The notes below the pieces were generated by a model, which ran no database searches, was not told the origin of the DNA, and was given only the letters and a program-made list of their open reading frames with translations. Positions 13,330-23,524 of a stretch of DNA of 47,852 nucleotides are shown here, piece by piece. Positions within the stretch are counted from its first letter, which is position 1; every line of letters starts with the position of its first letter. The position numbers and the translations under genes were made by a program. Source of the stretch: Elsinoe ampelina (taxonomy: Eukaryota); NCBI GenBank assembly GCA_010093995.1, contig ML992503.1, forward strand, positions 1,813,356 to 1,861,207, in the 5' to 3' direction.

Positions 13330-15850
13330 ACGTTATATAGTAGATCTTTGTCCTTATTATGCCCTTCTTCCTTATTAACCTCTTTGTTACTTAAACTATA
13401 GGTAGTAATATCTCTAAAGTTATTACTTATACTATCTATTCCGCTATTAGTATTATTATTAGCAGTAGTAAAATTATTTATCTTAGCCGATTAGATGTTT
13501 TAAAGATTGTTTTCTACTAGCTTAGAGACTATAATTTATTAGATTGTCTATAGAAGTAGTCTATGTCTTTAATTACTAATAATATTCTTTACTATATTAA
13601 AAATATATTTAATACCTACGCTAGTAATTAGTATTATAAGAACATTACGAGTAACATAAGCTAGTTATAGAAATAAGTACTTATTTTCTTTCTATTAAGA
13701 AAGAATATTAAATTCTAATATTTCTTATATAGGCGAAGTTCTAAGGTAATTCTTCCCTTCTATTCTTATTATATAGATGTCGCTCTACTCTTACGAAAGT
13801 ATATTATCTTAGCTAGATACTAGAGGTATAAAGCTACTCTCTATGTTTAATAAGGAAGGCTTCTTAAACTAGTAAGTAATAGACGAGGCTAGTAGAGGAG
13901 ATAGAAGAGTAGTTTAAAGAGAGTAGTTATTATTATAGTAATCGAGGTAGTCGAGGAACTATTTATAGTAAAGCAATTTAAAATATAGTTTCTACGAAGT
14001 ATACTTATATACACTAAGTTTCTAAGTTAGATTTAAGATTATACTACAATTAAATAGGAAACCTTAACCTTTACTTATTTACTTATAATACTTAGAAAGC
14101 TTAGTATAACTAGCTTTTACTACATTTTACATAACTAATAGCTAGTCTAAGTTGTTGTTCTTTTCCTAAGTAGACTTAACTACGTTAAGAAAGTCAAAAA
14201 GAGTATTATATATAAGCTATATATATTGTACTAATAGCGTATAAGACTAACTTAGCTAGTTAGTTACATTCTTAAAATTCTCTAGTATTTGAATAATAAT
14301 CTTTAGATATGCCTATTTAGCGTAGCTAAGGTAAAGGCATTTTATGTCTATATAATTAATAGATGCTATATCTTAATTAGCTAGCGCTTTATTAGTTTAG
14401 GGCTTATATACAATTATAATCTCCGCGTTAAGCTATTTATTAATAATTAGTTAAAGTTTAATAGCTTACTTATATATATTATATATTAAGTTCTAATAGG
14501 TATAAACGTCCTAAACAACTAAAAGTTATTTATAAGGAGGTAGATATACTTAAAGGGATTTAAAGTGTTAGTAGCGTTAAGGGGATTAGTTAATTATAAT
14601 ATAAATTATATAGAGCTTTAAAATTAGTTAAAAAACTATAAGAAAGAACTATAAGAAATATAACTTACTTTATAGAGAGAATTTAAAACTAATAGAGTTA
14701 TTTAAATATTATAGAGATACTACTTCTCGAGCTTATTAGCTTTCTTATTGTCCTCGGTAGTTTCTAGCTATAGGGCTTAAATAATATCTTATATAACAAG
14801 ATTAATTATATAGGCTAGATATAGAATTATATTCTCGATAGAGGACTAGTATATACTCTTCTTCTTAAGACCTTATTATACTTTAGATCGTAGAGTATTA
14901 TTGTTACTTATATTATTCGCTATAATAGTAAGAAGGTATATATTAATCTTTTTTTTTATTTAGAACTCTTAGTAGTTCCGTGCCGAGCGTAACTCTAGTA
15001 TACTATCTACTAATTAGTATAAAATCTAGTAGGTACTTACGTACTTACTAGTTGTTATTAATATAGTATATCTTTATAGCTACAAAACTTAGATAGTTAT
15101 TCGTAGACTAGCTATCTAGTATAATTGAAACTTTTGTCTAACTACTAAGATTAGTAAGAAGATTAGACTAAATGTCCTTATAGTGCTCTTTTAATAGCCT
15201 TAAGGCCTGTATCTAACCTAGAATATTAGTATATAGTTAGAGGAAATATATAAATTAGAGAAAGAAGAAATTATTAACTATTTAAAATAACTAATTACAA
15301 TTAATAAGGACCTTAATAAGCTCTTTTTTAAATTGTTCTAGGGAGAATTATAGTATATAGAATATAGTGCTAGTAGCGTTTACTTTTAATTACGTTAGAG
15401 CTATCTAAGCTACTAATTATTTATAGCTAGAAGATTTTATATTCTAGTAGCTTTAGTATCTAAGATGTTTTATTAGGTGTTTATTACTAATTAAGTTTAT
15501 TATTAAGTATTATAAAGCTCTACTATAGTAGAGATAATATATAAGAGGTATTCTATTAGTAAGCTTAGTACCTTTATTAAAGTTGGCCTAAATAACTCTA
15601 TAGCGGGTTATAGAATTCTAGTTTAGTAGGTTTCGTGTTCCGCTAACTCTTAATTTGCTACCTATTAATATTATAGGCTACTATATTTTCTAGGCTTATA
15701 TAGCTAGCTATTCTTCGAGTAGCATATCTAGTTAGTAGAGTAGACAGCTAACAATTTTAATAGTTTTATAGAATTAAGTAGAGAATAGATTGTTCTAGCA
15801 ATTAATATAGAACTCTTTAAGCTCATAGAGGAGAGATAGTAGTAGCATAA
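13330..15850 (-). pseudogene. hAT transposase (BED-type Zn finger, DDE core, hATC dimerisation domain); ends approximate
   Basis: De-RIPped motifs: CLHC...HLMKHL (~15460-15545), KVSITLDGWST (~15102-15135), LLTITADNASNN (~14897-14934), IPCLAHVINLVVQDII (~14780-14830), ILSWWKENE.SFPQLARVARDVLAIPITSVGVERVF (~13598-13710). Confidence 0.92.
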
Positions 15851-16100
15851 CAACTTCTAAGAGTATTCATAGTTAAGAATCAACTAAGTCTTTATTAAAT
15901 ACTAACATTTTAAGAGTAGAGATATAGAATATTACTAGCTATATAACAAGGAGTAGAAGACTATAAGAATACTCTATAAGAATCTATTAGCTACTCTTAA
16001 TTTATAGATTAAAAAATTTTTAATAGTATAGAACTAGAAAGCTACTAAAACTATAGTTTAATTTTCCTAACTTAAGGTTAATCTATTTATTCTTATCTAT

Positions 16101-16340
16101 NNNNNNNNNNNNNNNNNNNNNNNNNNNNNNNNNNNNNNNNNNNNNNNNNNNNNNNNNNNNNNNNNNNNNNNNNNNNNNNNNNNNNNNNNNNNNNNNNNNN
16201 NNNNNNNNNNNNNNNNNNNNNNNNNNNNNNNNNNNNNNNNNNNNNNNNNNNNNNNNNNNNNNNNNNNNNNNNNNNNNNNNNNNNNNNNNNNNNNNNNNNN
16301 NNNNNNNNNNNNNNNNNNNNNNNNNNNNNNNNNNNNNNNN
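16101..16340. other. Assembly gap (240 N)
   Basis: Run of N. Confidence 1.
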
Positions 16341-17588
16341 TACTTAGAGTTTAGTAGGTGTTATATTCTTAATAAACTTCTTAAACTTAGCTTAGTTACT
16401 ATTGTTATAGTTACTAGTATTATATAGTAAGTTAACGCTATTATAGTAGATCTTATAGGTCTATTTCTTAAGAATTCTACTAGTGCCGAGAAGATGTTTT
16501 ACTTAGCAATTTAGGAATATATTTATCTTGTTATAGAGCGCCTTCTTTATATAATTAGCAAGGAGTTACTTATAGTAAAGAAGAGTATTAGCTTTATAAA
16601 TACTACTCTATTTTTAGTAGATAGATATAAACTTATTCTTTAACTATTCCCTTATATAGAATTAGTAGATATACTATAAGAATGTACTATAAGAAACATA
16701 CTACTCTACTAGGTATAATAGTAAGTCTCTGCTATCTTCTTATATACTATATCGAAGGTAGCTTCTTTCTCCTTATTAGATATTACTTAGAATTTCTTAG
16801 AGTTCTTAAGTTTTATCTTAAGTATACGTTTTATAGAGTAATTAGTATTACTAGTAGTAGTAAGAGCTTTCTCCTCTATACTAGCTTATATAGCATAATC
16901 TCTTTACTAAATAGCTCGCTAGGTATTACTAAGCTATACTTTCTACTATAGAATTCTAAGGGGGTAGCTATAGTAAGGAGTTCTAGTATTCTAAGAGCGA
17001 TTTTTAATCTAGTATTTAATCTTATTAGCCTCGGAATTAAAACTCTATAGTCTAGTTAGTATTTAACTATAAGAAGTATCTATAAGAATTACTCCTATTA
17101 TAGCGAGGATTACTTTCTCTTCCTTAGTTATTTCTTTAGTCTTAATTACTAGAGCATTAGTTATCTTTTTCTCTTTACTAAAGGTTTACTAATCTATAGG
17201 ATTAGTAGACATTATAGATCGAGAATTAGTAGTAATTTATAAGAGAAGGTAGAATATTAAGTATAATAGGGAGCGAGATATAAGATATAAGTTTTATAAG
17301 AAGAAGATAAGAAGAGAAGGATTTAGTATTCCTTATATATATAGTAAATAGAGTAGCTAGAAATATAAGTAATAATAGGTATTAATTCTATTGTTATACT
17401 AATATAAAGTTGTTAATATTGTTAATATAAAGTCGTTATAGTAGAGAATAATAATACAAAATTTATATTCTATATACTATTATAAATTCCTTAATAAGGC
17501 TTAATATCTCGCTCTTAGTATTTTTGCCTTACTCTTCTTTACCTTTATAAATAAATTTTAATAATTAATTTAATAAATTTATATAGCT

Positions 17589-18170
17589 ATAGCTCGTAAG
17601 AAGTAAGTAACACCTCTAAAAAGAGTAAAGCTAAGAAAGTAAAGCGCTAAGAAAACCGCTACTAAAAAGCCTACTATAGATAGTTACGTAATAAAATTTA
17701 AACTAGTATTAACTAGACAAATTTGCTAGGCGAAGAGCTATAGGTTTAAGCTAGGTAGTTAGTTTCTTATAGTAAATTCTTATAGTCTTATATCTAATAT
17801 AGTATAGCTATTACTCTCCGAGAGATTTATTACTACTAGAAGATAACTAAACTTCTTATATATAAGCTTCTCTTCTTCTTTATTATTTATAACATTACGT
17901 AAGATATTAAGTTAACACTTATAAGTAGAGATTTACGCTTTATGCTAGATGCTATTAAGTGTCTCTAGAAAGTAAGTAAGGTAATACTAGTAGAATATTT
18001 TAAAAGTATATTAACTATATATTTAGAATATATAATACCTTATACTAATAACTATAGTAGACTATAATCTTAACGCTATCTATACTAAGTGTTGTACTAT
18101 TATATAGAAAGACTCTTAGCTTACTAGAAAATATTATAATAAGTACTACCTACTTACTTTCTCTAATTAG
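17589..18170 (+). pseudogene. Histone H3-like gene carried inside the hAT element, RIP-inactivated; introns 17758-17807 and 18006-18060
   Basis: De-RIPped: MARKKQ...PRKQ...HRFKPGT/VALREIxxYQKTTELLIxKLxF...QDIKSTLxSxDLRFMxDAIECLQEASEAMLVEYFE/DCNLNAIHAKxxTIMQKDSQLAR. Both introns have a GT donor, a CTAAT branch and a TAG acceptor, and restore the H3 frame. Confidence 0.92.
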
Positions 18171-18616
18171 TAAGATCTCTTCTCTATAATGCTATAAGAA
18201 TAGACTATAAGAAATAGACAGGTGTATTTTTATATAGACTAGACTATTAAATTTCCTTTTTATAGACTTATTATAATGCTAAAGTATAGTATAGTAACTA
18301 TAGTTGCCTTAAAGCCTAACTAAGCTATAGTACTATAACATAGTATAATACTAGGATTTAACCCTAGTACTAATTTAGTATAGTACTATTATAGTGTAGT
18401 ATAGCGCTATTATAGTATAGTGCTATTCTTGCTTAACTACAGTGCGGTGCTAGTGCTAGTGTAGCTCGGCGTAGTGCTAGTGCTAGTGCTAATATAGTAG
18501 AGTATAGAGCTAGTGCTATTTAGTTTAGTACCGGGTGCTAACCTGCTAAGAATAGCTCTATACTAGCACCGGGGTTGGCCTTCGGCCGCCCTAACCCCGC
18601 CCTAACAGTCACACTA

Positions 18617-18708
18617 AAAAGCACTATCTTAAAGGGCATAAAAAGCGCTATCTTAAAGAGTATAAAAAGCGCTGTCTCGAAGGGCATAAAAAGCACTATC
18701 TCGAAGGA
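18617..18708. repeat. Right part of the 24-bp tandem array (about 4 units, AAAAAGCGCTATCTYRAAGGGCAT)
   Basis: Units are directly visible after the hAT right TIR, the first overlapping the TSD. Confidence 0.85.
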
Positions 18709-20550
18709 CAAGAAAGCTAGGTATATTAGCTTATAACTAGACCTTGACTATATTCTAGAGTTGAAAAGGGATGCGAAGCGGGCGTCTCCATAGGCTAGAG
18801 ACTAAAAAGGACTAACACGGCCACCGGATAAGAAAAATCGGGCCACCGAATAACAATTCCCGATGCTCGACGTCGCGTATACCCGGGGAGGGGCGGCGAC
18901 CGGCATTGTGCATGGGTGGAAGATCCACTGATGCGGTCCCCAAGATGAGGGATTTTCTTCTTGAAGAGACGAGATGCTCTGTCCAAGGTTCAGCTTCACT
19001 GTATGTGAGCAAGGGGAGCGTGAATAAGTGGAGCATGAACATGTGGAGGCGGGTGATGCGGCTCGACGTGAGTGCACCATTCAAGCAGGTCCACAGGTTC
19101 ACGAGGCAAGAAACAAAGAGACGGGCACTTCGCTCGGGTAGACAGAAAGGGGAAAGCAAAGCTAAAATGCAAACGTGGCGAAAACTATGCTTGACGAATG
19201 ACATTCTGCAAAGGTGCATCATGCCGCGTTCAGGGAGTGATCGACCAAAGGGGGGCAGCCTCAGCTCACCGCGAGGCTAGCGAATCAATATCGATGAGCG
19301 TGAGCGGTGATACCGCCGCAACGTGACAGTGCGCAAAACCTCTGATGGACAGCGGTGAATAGACCGATGGGTAATAATGTAGAATTTGGTTGTCTCACAG
19401 CATCGCCAGCGCATGTTGTAGGACTCGGCCAGGAATATGACGCACCGGTGTTTTGTTCCTGCCGCATCGGGACGGCATGAGGCATGTCGATCTCGGATCG
19501 CGGCAGAGAAAACAAAATTCTAATTTCCACACCAAGCATCATTCAGTTGCTCAGGTGAACTTTTAACCTTGAATGCTCGCGCAATCGCCAAAGAAGTTTT
19601 CCCGAACGCAAAAAAGGCAATGGTAGAGCATATTGGAACCGGCGGTGGACCGTCTGAGGGACAAACATGGGTAGTAGGCCGTGACATGACTCTCTGCCAA
19701 ACGAGCAGGCTACTGGTAAAAAGCATCGGAAATAACAGACTAGTGGCACCATGTCATGCTCGTGGACGCAGCAGATCTTGCGATATTGTCGTGTATCCCA
19801 CAGTCGAACATGTTCTCTAGCTGCCTGATGGGAAACATTATCATGTACTACCGCCCGCCGTTCGGATTGACTACCGCTCCAAAATAATCAGGATCTCAAT
19901 CAGATCGGGTCGCCACGACGTCGGAACAAGGCCTGTGCGGAGGAAAAAAGGTGTTGCGGCCGGCTCCCCGTGTGTTCCCATCGTCGATTGAACAGCTTAG
20001 CGTCGTTTGGCTTCACAGCGACTCGCTCATTCCATCGATCTTCTCCCATCTCCACACTGGTCTCACTGGCACGACTGGATCCATCGAAGGCCCGCTGGTG
20101 TCCACTCACACATCCTGCCGCATTCTGCCCATGACCGGTTTCTTGTCTCCCCTGTCACATTCACCAATTCGCCACATCTCCGGGCGAGCCACATGAACTG
20201 CCCACCCAGGTGCCCATTTTTTTTTTCTCCCACGCTGCTAGCCCGTCGAGCTTATTAGAGGTGCTGCATCGCGGACCAATTCTGCCCCTTCACCGTTCAG
20301 TCCAACAAAGAATCGCAACTTCATTGACCCAAAGTATTCACACAAAAGACACAACTTCTGTCCACGCCCGCGCCTCGCGCCACCCAGCTTTGCATCTCGC
20401 GTGCAATGACCCCGCTCCTCCCGCAACTAGCTCCGATCCAACTGAAACTCTGATCGCAAAGCACAAGCAAACTCGCAACGCCAGCCGGCAGGGCAGCTCA
20501 GCGTCGAACAGGCCGAACCCAAGCAGCAGCCTCATTGTTCCGCCTTCGTC

Positions 20551-21300
20551 ATGCCACGCAGGTCCGCTCAGAATCTCTCTCCACAATCCCTCCACCACCA
20601 TCAGCACCAATATACGTCCCTACACCAGCAACCTCAAGCCATTCACGACTTTACCTCGTCCATTGACACATCCATCCTCGGCTACCCGACAACCACGAGC
20701 TTCGACCTCGTCCTCCCGCAGCCCGGCGTCAAACAGCCGATTATGATGACCGACTCGGTCCACTCCAAATACGGCCAGATCACACCTCCTGAAGACCACT
20801 GGAAGCAGCCTTGGGAAGCCATCAACCCATCAATGAACCCAGAACAGTTTATGACCGGTCGCGACCGCAGTCAGAGCCGAGACTCGTCGTCAAGCCTTCC
20901 CGCCACCTCGTCAGGCAGGGTTGACAAGAAGGACAAATACCGAGAGAAGAATCGTGTCGCGGCGGCAAAGTGTAGGGCAAAGAAGAAAGAGCACGTCGAC
21001 GGCCTGGAGGAGAACCACCGGACACAGAGCATGCTCAATGCTCTGCTCAAGCAGACCGAGCAGAACCTGCGGGACGAGCTGTCCTTCTGGCGGACGCAGG
21101 CGCTACAACACGCCTTCTGCGACTGCTCAGCCGTGCAGGACTACAACCTCAAAAAGGCTCGCGCCCTCGCCGCTGACAAGAACTTTGGCGACCAAGATGG
21201 TCTTCGTCGAGATTCGATGAACCAGTCGCCGTCGTCCAAGGTGGGCGCCATGTCCTTCTACCCACAACCGCATCCAGAGTTTGACGCCCAAGCCCCGTGA
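20551..21300 (+). CDS. bZIP transcription factor, ATF/CREB (Atf21/AtfB-like) type, 249 aa, intronless
   Basis: Basic region KYREKNRVAAAKCRAKKK; zipper LEENHRTQSMLNALLKQTEQNLRDEL; downstream HAFCDC motif typical of fungal Atf-like bZIPs; ITPPED motif upstream. Confidence 0.9.
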   Translation: MPRRSAQNLSPQSLHHHQHQYTSLHQQPQAIHDFTSSIDTSILGYPTTTSFDLVLPQPGVKQPIMMTDSVHSKYGQITPPEDHWKQPWEAINPSMNPEQFMTGRDRSQSRDSSSSLPATSSGRVDKKDKYREKNRVAAAKCRAKKKEHVDGLEENHRTQSMLNALLKQTEQNLRDELSFWRTQALQHAFCDCSAVQDYNLKKARALAADKNFGDQDGLRRDSMNQSPSSKVGAMSFYPQPHPEFDAQAP

Positions 21301-21799
21301 CGGCCGCCACATCACCTCCACGACAGTACCTGCTCCAGACAGACCCCCTCTTCGCATGGTTCGATGATTGATTCATCGTTCGCATACACGGCGCAATCTG
21401 CTTCTTGATTTTAAATCCGGACAAACTCCAACCCGGCTGCGACCCTCTTGTTAGCCACCTGGACAGGTTCCTTTTATGCAAAGTCTTACCTCGCCACCAT
21501 CAACCATCTCGCACCGCACCGATCTCTCCGTCTATCCAGCTCGACCATGCTGGAAATTTTTACTATCATCGTCGACTGTAATAACGAATATTTGTTTATC
21601 CTCTCCTAGTTTCTCCGGAGGTTCCGCAGCGGAATGTCGGATCCATGCGACTGATGCAAGCAATAGCGGGCGGCGTTGGTTGGCTTTTGTTTTTTCTCTC
21701 GTTTTGATAACGGCCGAAGACTCTTATGGCGAGGCGACGATGAACCTCGGGTCGGTGACAAAATCCCAAAAAGCCTATGAAGGAGGAGGCGTCAAATGA

Positions 21800-21813
21800 G
21801 TGTGTGTGTGTGT
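21800..21813. repeat. (GT)7 microsatellite
   Basis: GTGTGTGTGTGTGT. Confidence 0.8.
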
Positions 21814-23349
21814 CGTGTCGCTTCTCTTTGCTGTTCCCATGGTCATGGCAAAAGGTGTTACCGAAGGCAACATGTATATAAGATACCCAAGGATCGTATC
21901 CGCAGGGAGAACCTAGCAAAGCAACGAGTAATAGAATCGAAGCGCACGAGATCCTTTGACCTGCTTGATGAGATTGACAGAAGTGAACGCTCAACTTACT
22001 GGTAGTGACCACTCACCTTGCCCTGCCGTCACGCAAATTTTCCCATGCCAGTGGTATTCCAGTCGACGGCAAGGAACATCAATCCAACAACTCTGCCGTC
22101 CGGCATGTATCGATGTCGTCTCCCATCGTCAGACCACCCGTCCGAACCACCCTGTTCGCACAACCACGGCTCCCCGTCCGCGGCAGGAAAGCCAGTTATG
22201 TTCAACCCTGCTTCTCGAACCCGTTCGTGACCAGTGGGAGAAATCCAACACAGACGACCTCCGTCTCGCGATGATAACATCTCCACCAAACCAAATGGGA
22301 ATAAAAACAACCTCCTCATGTACGATGCGAAAACCCGAACGATACCAAGTTGGGCCCCGAGGATTATATACGCAAACCTCCTTGGATTTCTCTGCCTGCT
22401 CCTGGGCAGCCCGCCGCGGACGCACGAATGAGAAGACGCAGATTTGAGTGGGAAGACAAGCGAGCCAATAGGGTGCCGGAATCATGATTCGCGCTTCTTA
22501 GGGCTGTGAAGTTTTGGCGTTGGATCGAGATGTCGGGCGAGGAGGCCGGCTCCGGGAGAGAGAGGGGCGGCTCTGCGATGAGGCTCTGGGCCGAAGAGTG
22601 CCCGAGGGATCTCATCGCGGGAAGGGGGGAGGCTGAAGCCGCTGAACTTTGGACGGAGGTTGGTCCGAACGGGTGTTCGCATTTCGCATTCTTCTGGTGG
22701 AGGGGGGGATCTTGCATGGCTTTTTGATTAGGGCGGGTGGCTGCAGTGGGCAGGTGTTCGTGGCGGTACCTGAGATGGGGAGGGTGCTGGTGAGGGCATG
22801 TTGGCGTCACGATGAGGGAACAGTGGATGGTAGGGTTTGGGTTTCGATTTCAAGATCTTTGGTTGAGCTCGCACTTCTCTTACCACGATACGTTTTGTTC
22901 TCCTGCATTGAAGAAGTAGAGACGTCGCTCGATCAGTCGCTCCGTCTCTGATTTCTGGCAATCCAAGTCCTTTCTTCACCGGGCGTAGGACGTAGCCTTC
23001 CAGATTGCCTACTTTCATGGATCCTCTACGGGCTAATTTTGAACTAGCTGAACACCCCCAAACTACACGTTGCCAGCGAAATTCGAAATAGCACGATCCG
23101 TCAATCACCAAACCCGAATCCTGCCCAGGTCATTGGAGCCACCACCATCGAACCTGTCACAGATATATCATGGAACATGCTGTGCCGCACACATACACCT
23201 CAGCTAGGTGCTGGGGGATCGCGGACTTCACTTTCTGGAATGGATTGGCTCCAATAGAGGTCCGATGTTAATACGTTGTCATGATCTGCTTCGTCAACGG
23301 TACTGGAGCACCATGCCTTCTATGCCTTGTGTTTCCCATTCTTGCTTGA

Positions 23350-23355
23350 TATAAG
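23350..23355 (+). promoter_or_regulatory. Possible TATA box of the 23525 gene
   Basis: TATAAG about 170 bp upstream of an ATG in a good CACCATG context. Confidence 0.4.
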
Positions 23356-23524
23356 CTACAAGGTGAGCCTCCTCGAGAGGACGATATCATACAACAGTTC
23401 TTTTTACTTCGATCAAGTCATATTTTGTACTAGACACTGATCAGTCTACGGCTGAACACATTCCCCTTCGCTCCAGATCACACACCCAGCTGCTGTCAGC
23501 TTTTGCTTAGCTGCTCTAGTCACC

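Larger units (their letters stand above)
10909..18616 (-). mobile_element. Complete hAT-superfamily DNA transposon with cargo genes (about 7.7 kb including a 240-N gap), RIP-inactivated
   Basis: Left TIR TAGTGTAACTATTAGGGCAGAGTTAG (from 10909) matches the reverse complement of the right end, TAGTGTGACTGTTAGGGCGGGGTTAG (ending 18616), except for G>A changes. 8-bp TSD AAAAGCAC at 10901-10908 and 18617-18624. AGCACT/AGTGCT subterminal repeats lie at both ends, and an hAT transposase lies inside. Confidence 0.93.
970..18760. repeat. AT-rich RIP-degenerated transposon block 1 (boundaries approximate)
   Basis: Abrupt switch to TpA-saturated, CpA/TpG-depleted sequence; no long ORFs; recognisable TE motifs after reversing C>T and G>A. 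Confidence 0.95.

Noticed and set aside
16682..16951. 89-aa plus-strand ORF
   Set aside because: Y/L/I/S-rich chance ORF in RIPped DNA, antisense to the likely cargo frame.
18617..18708. 24-bp repeats as a CRISPR-like array
   Set aside because: Units are head-to-tail with no unique spacers, and the context is eukaryotic.
18795..20746. Many short overlapping ORFs upstream of the bZIP gene
   Set aside because: No recognisable domain, mutually overlapping, several with non-ATG starts; more consistent with a long promoter and 5' UTR.
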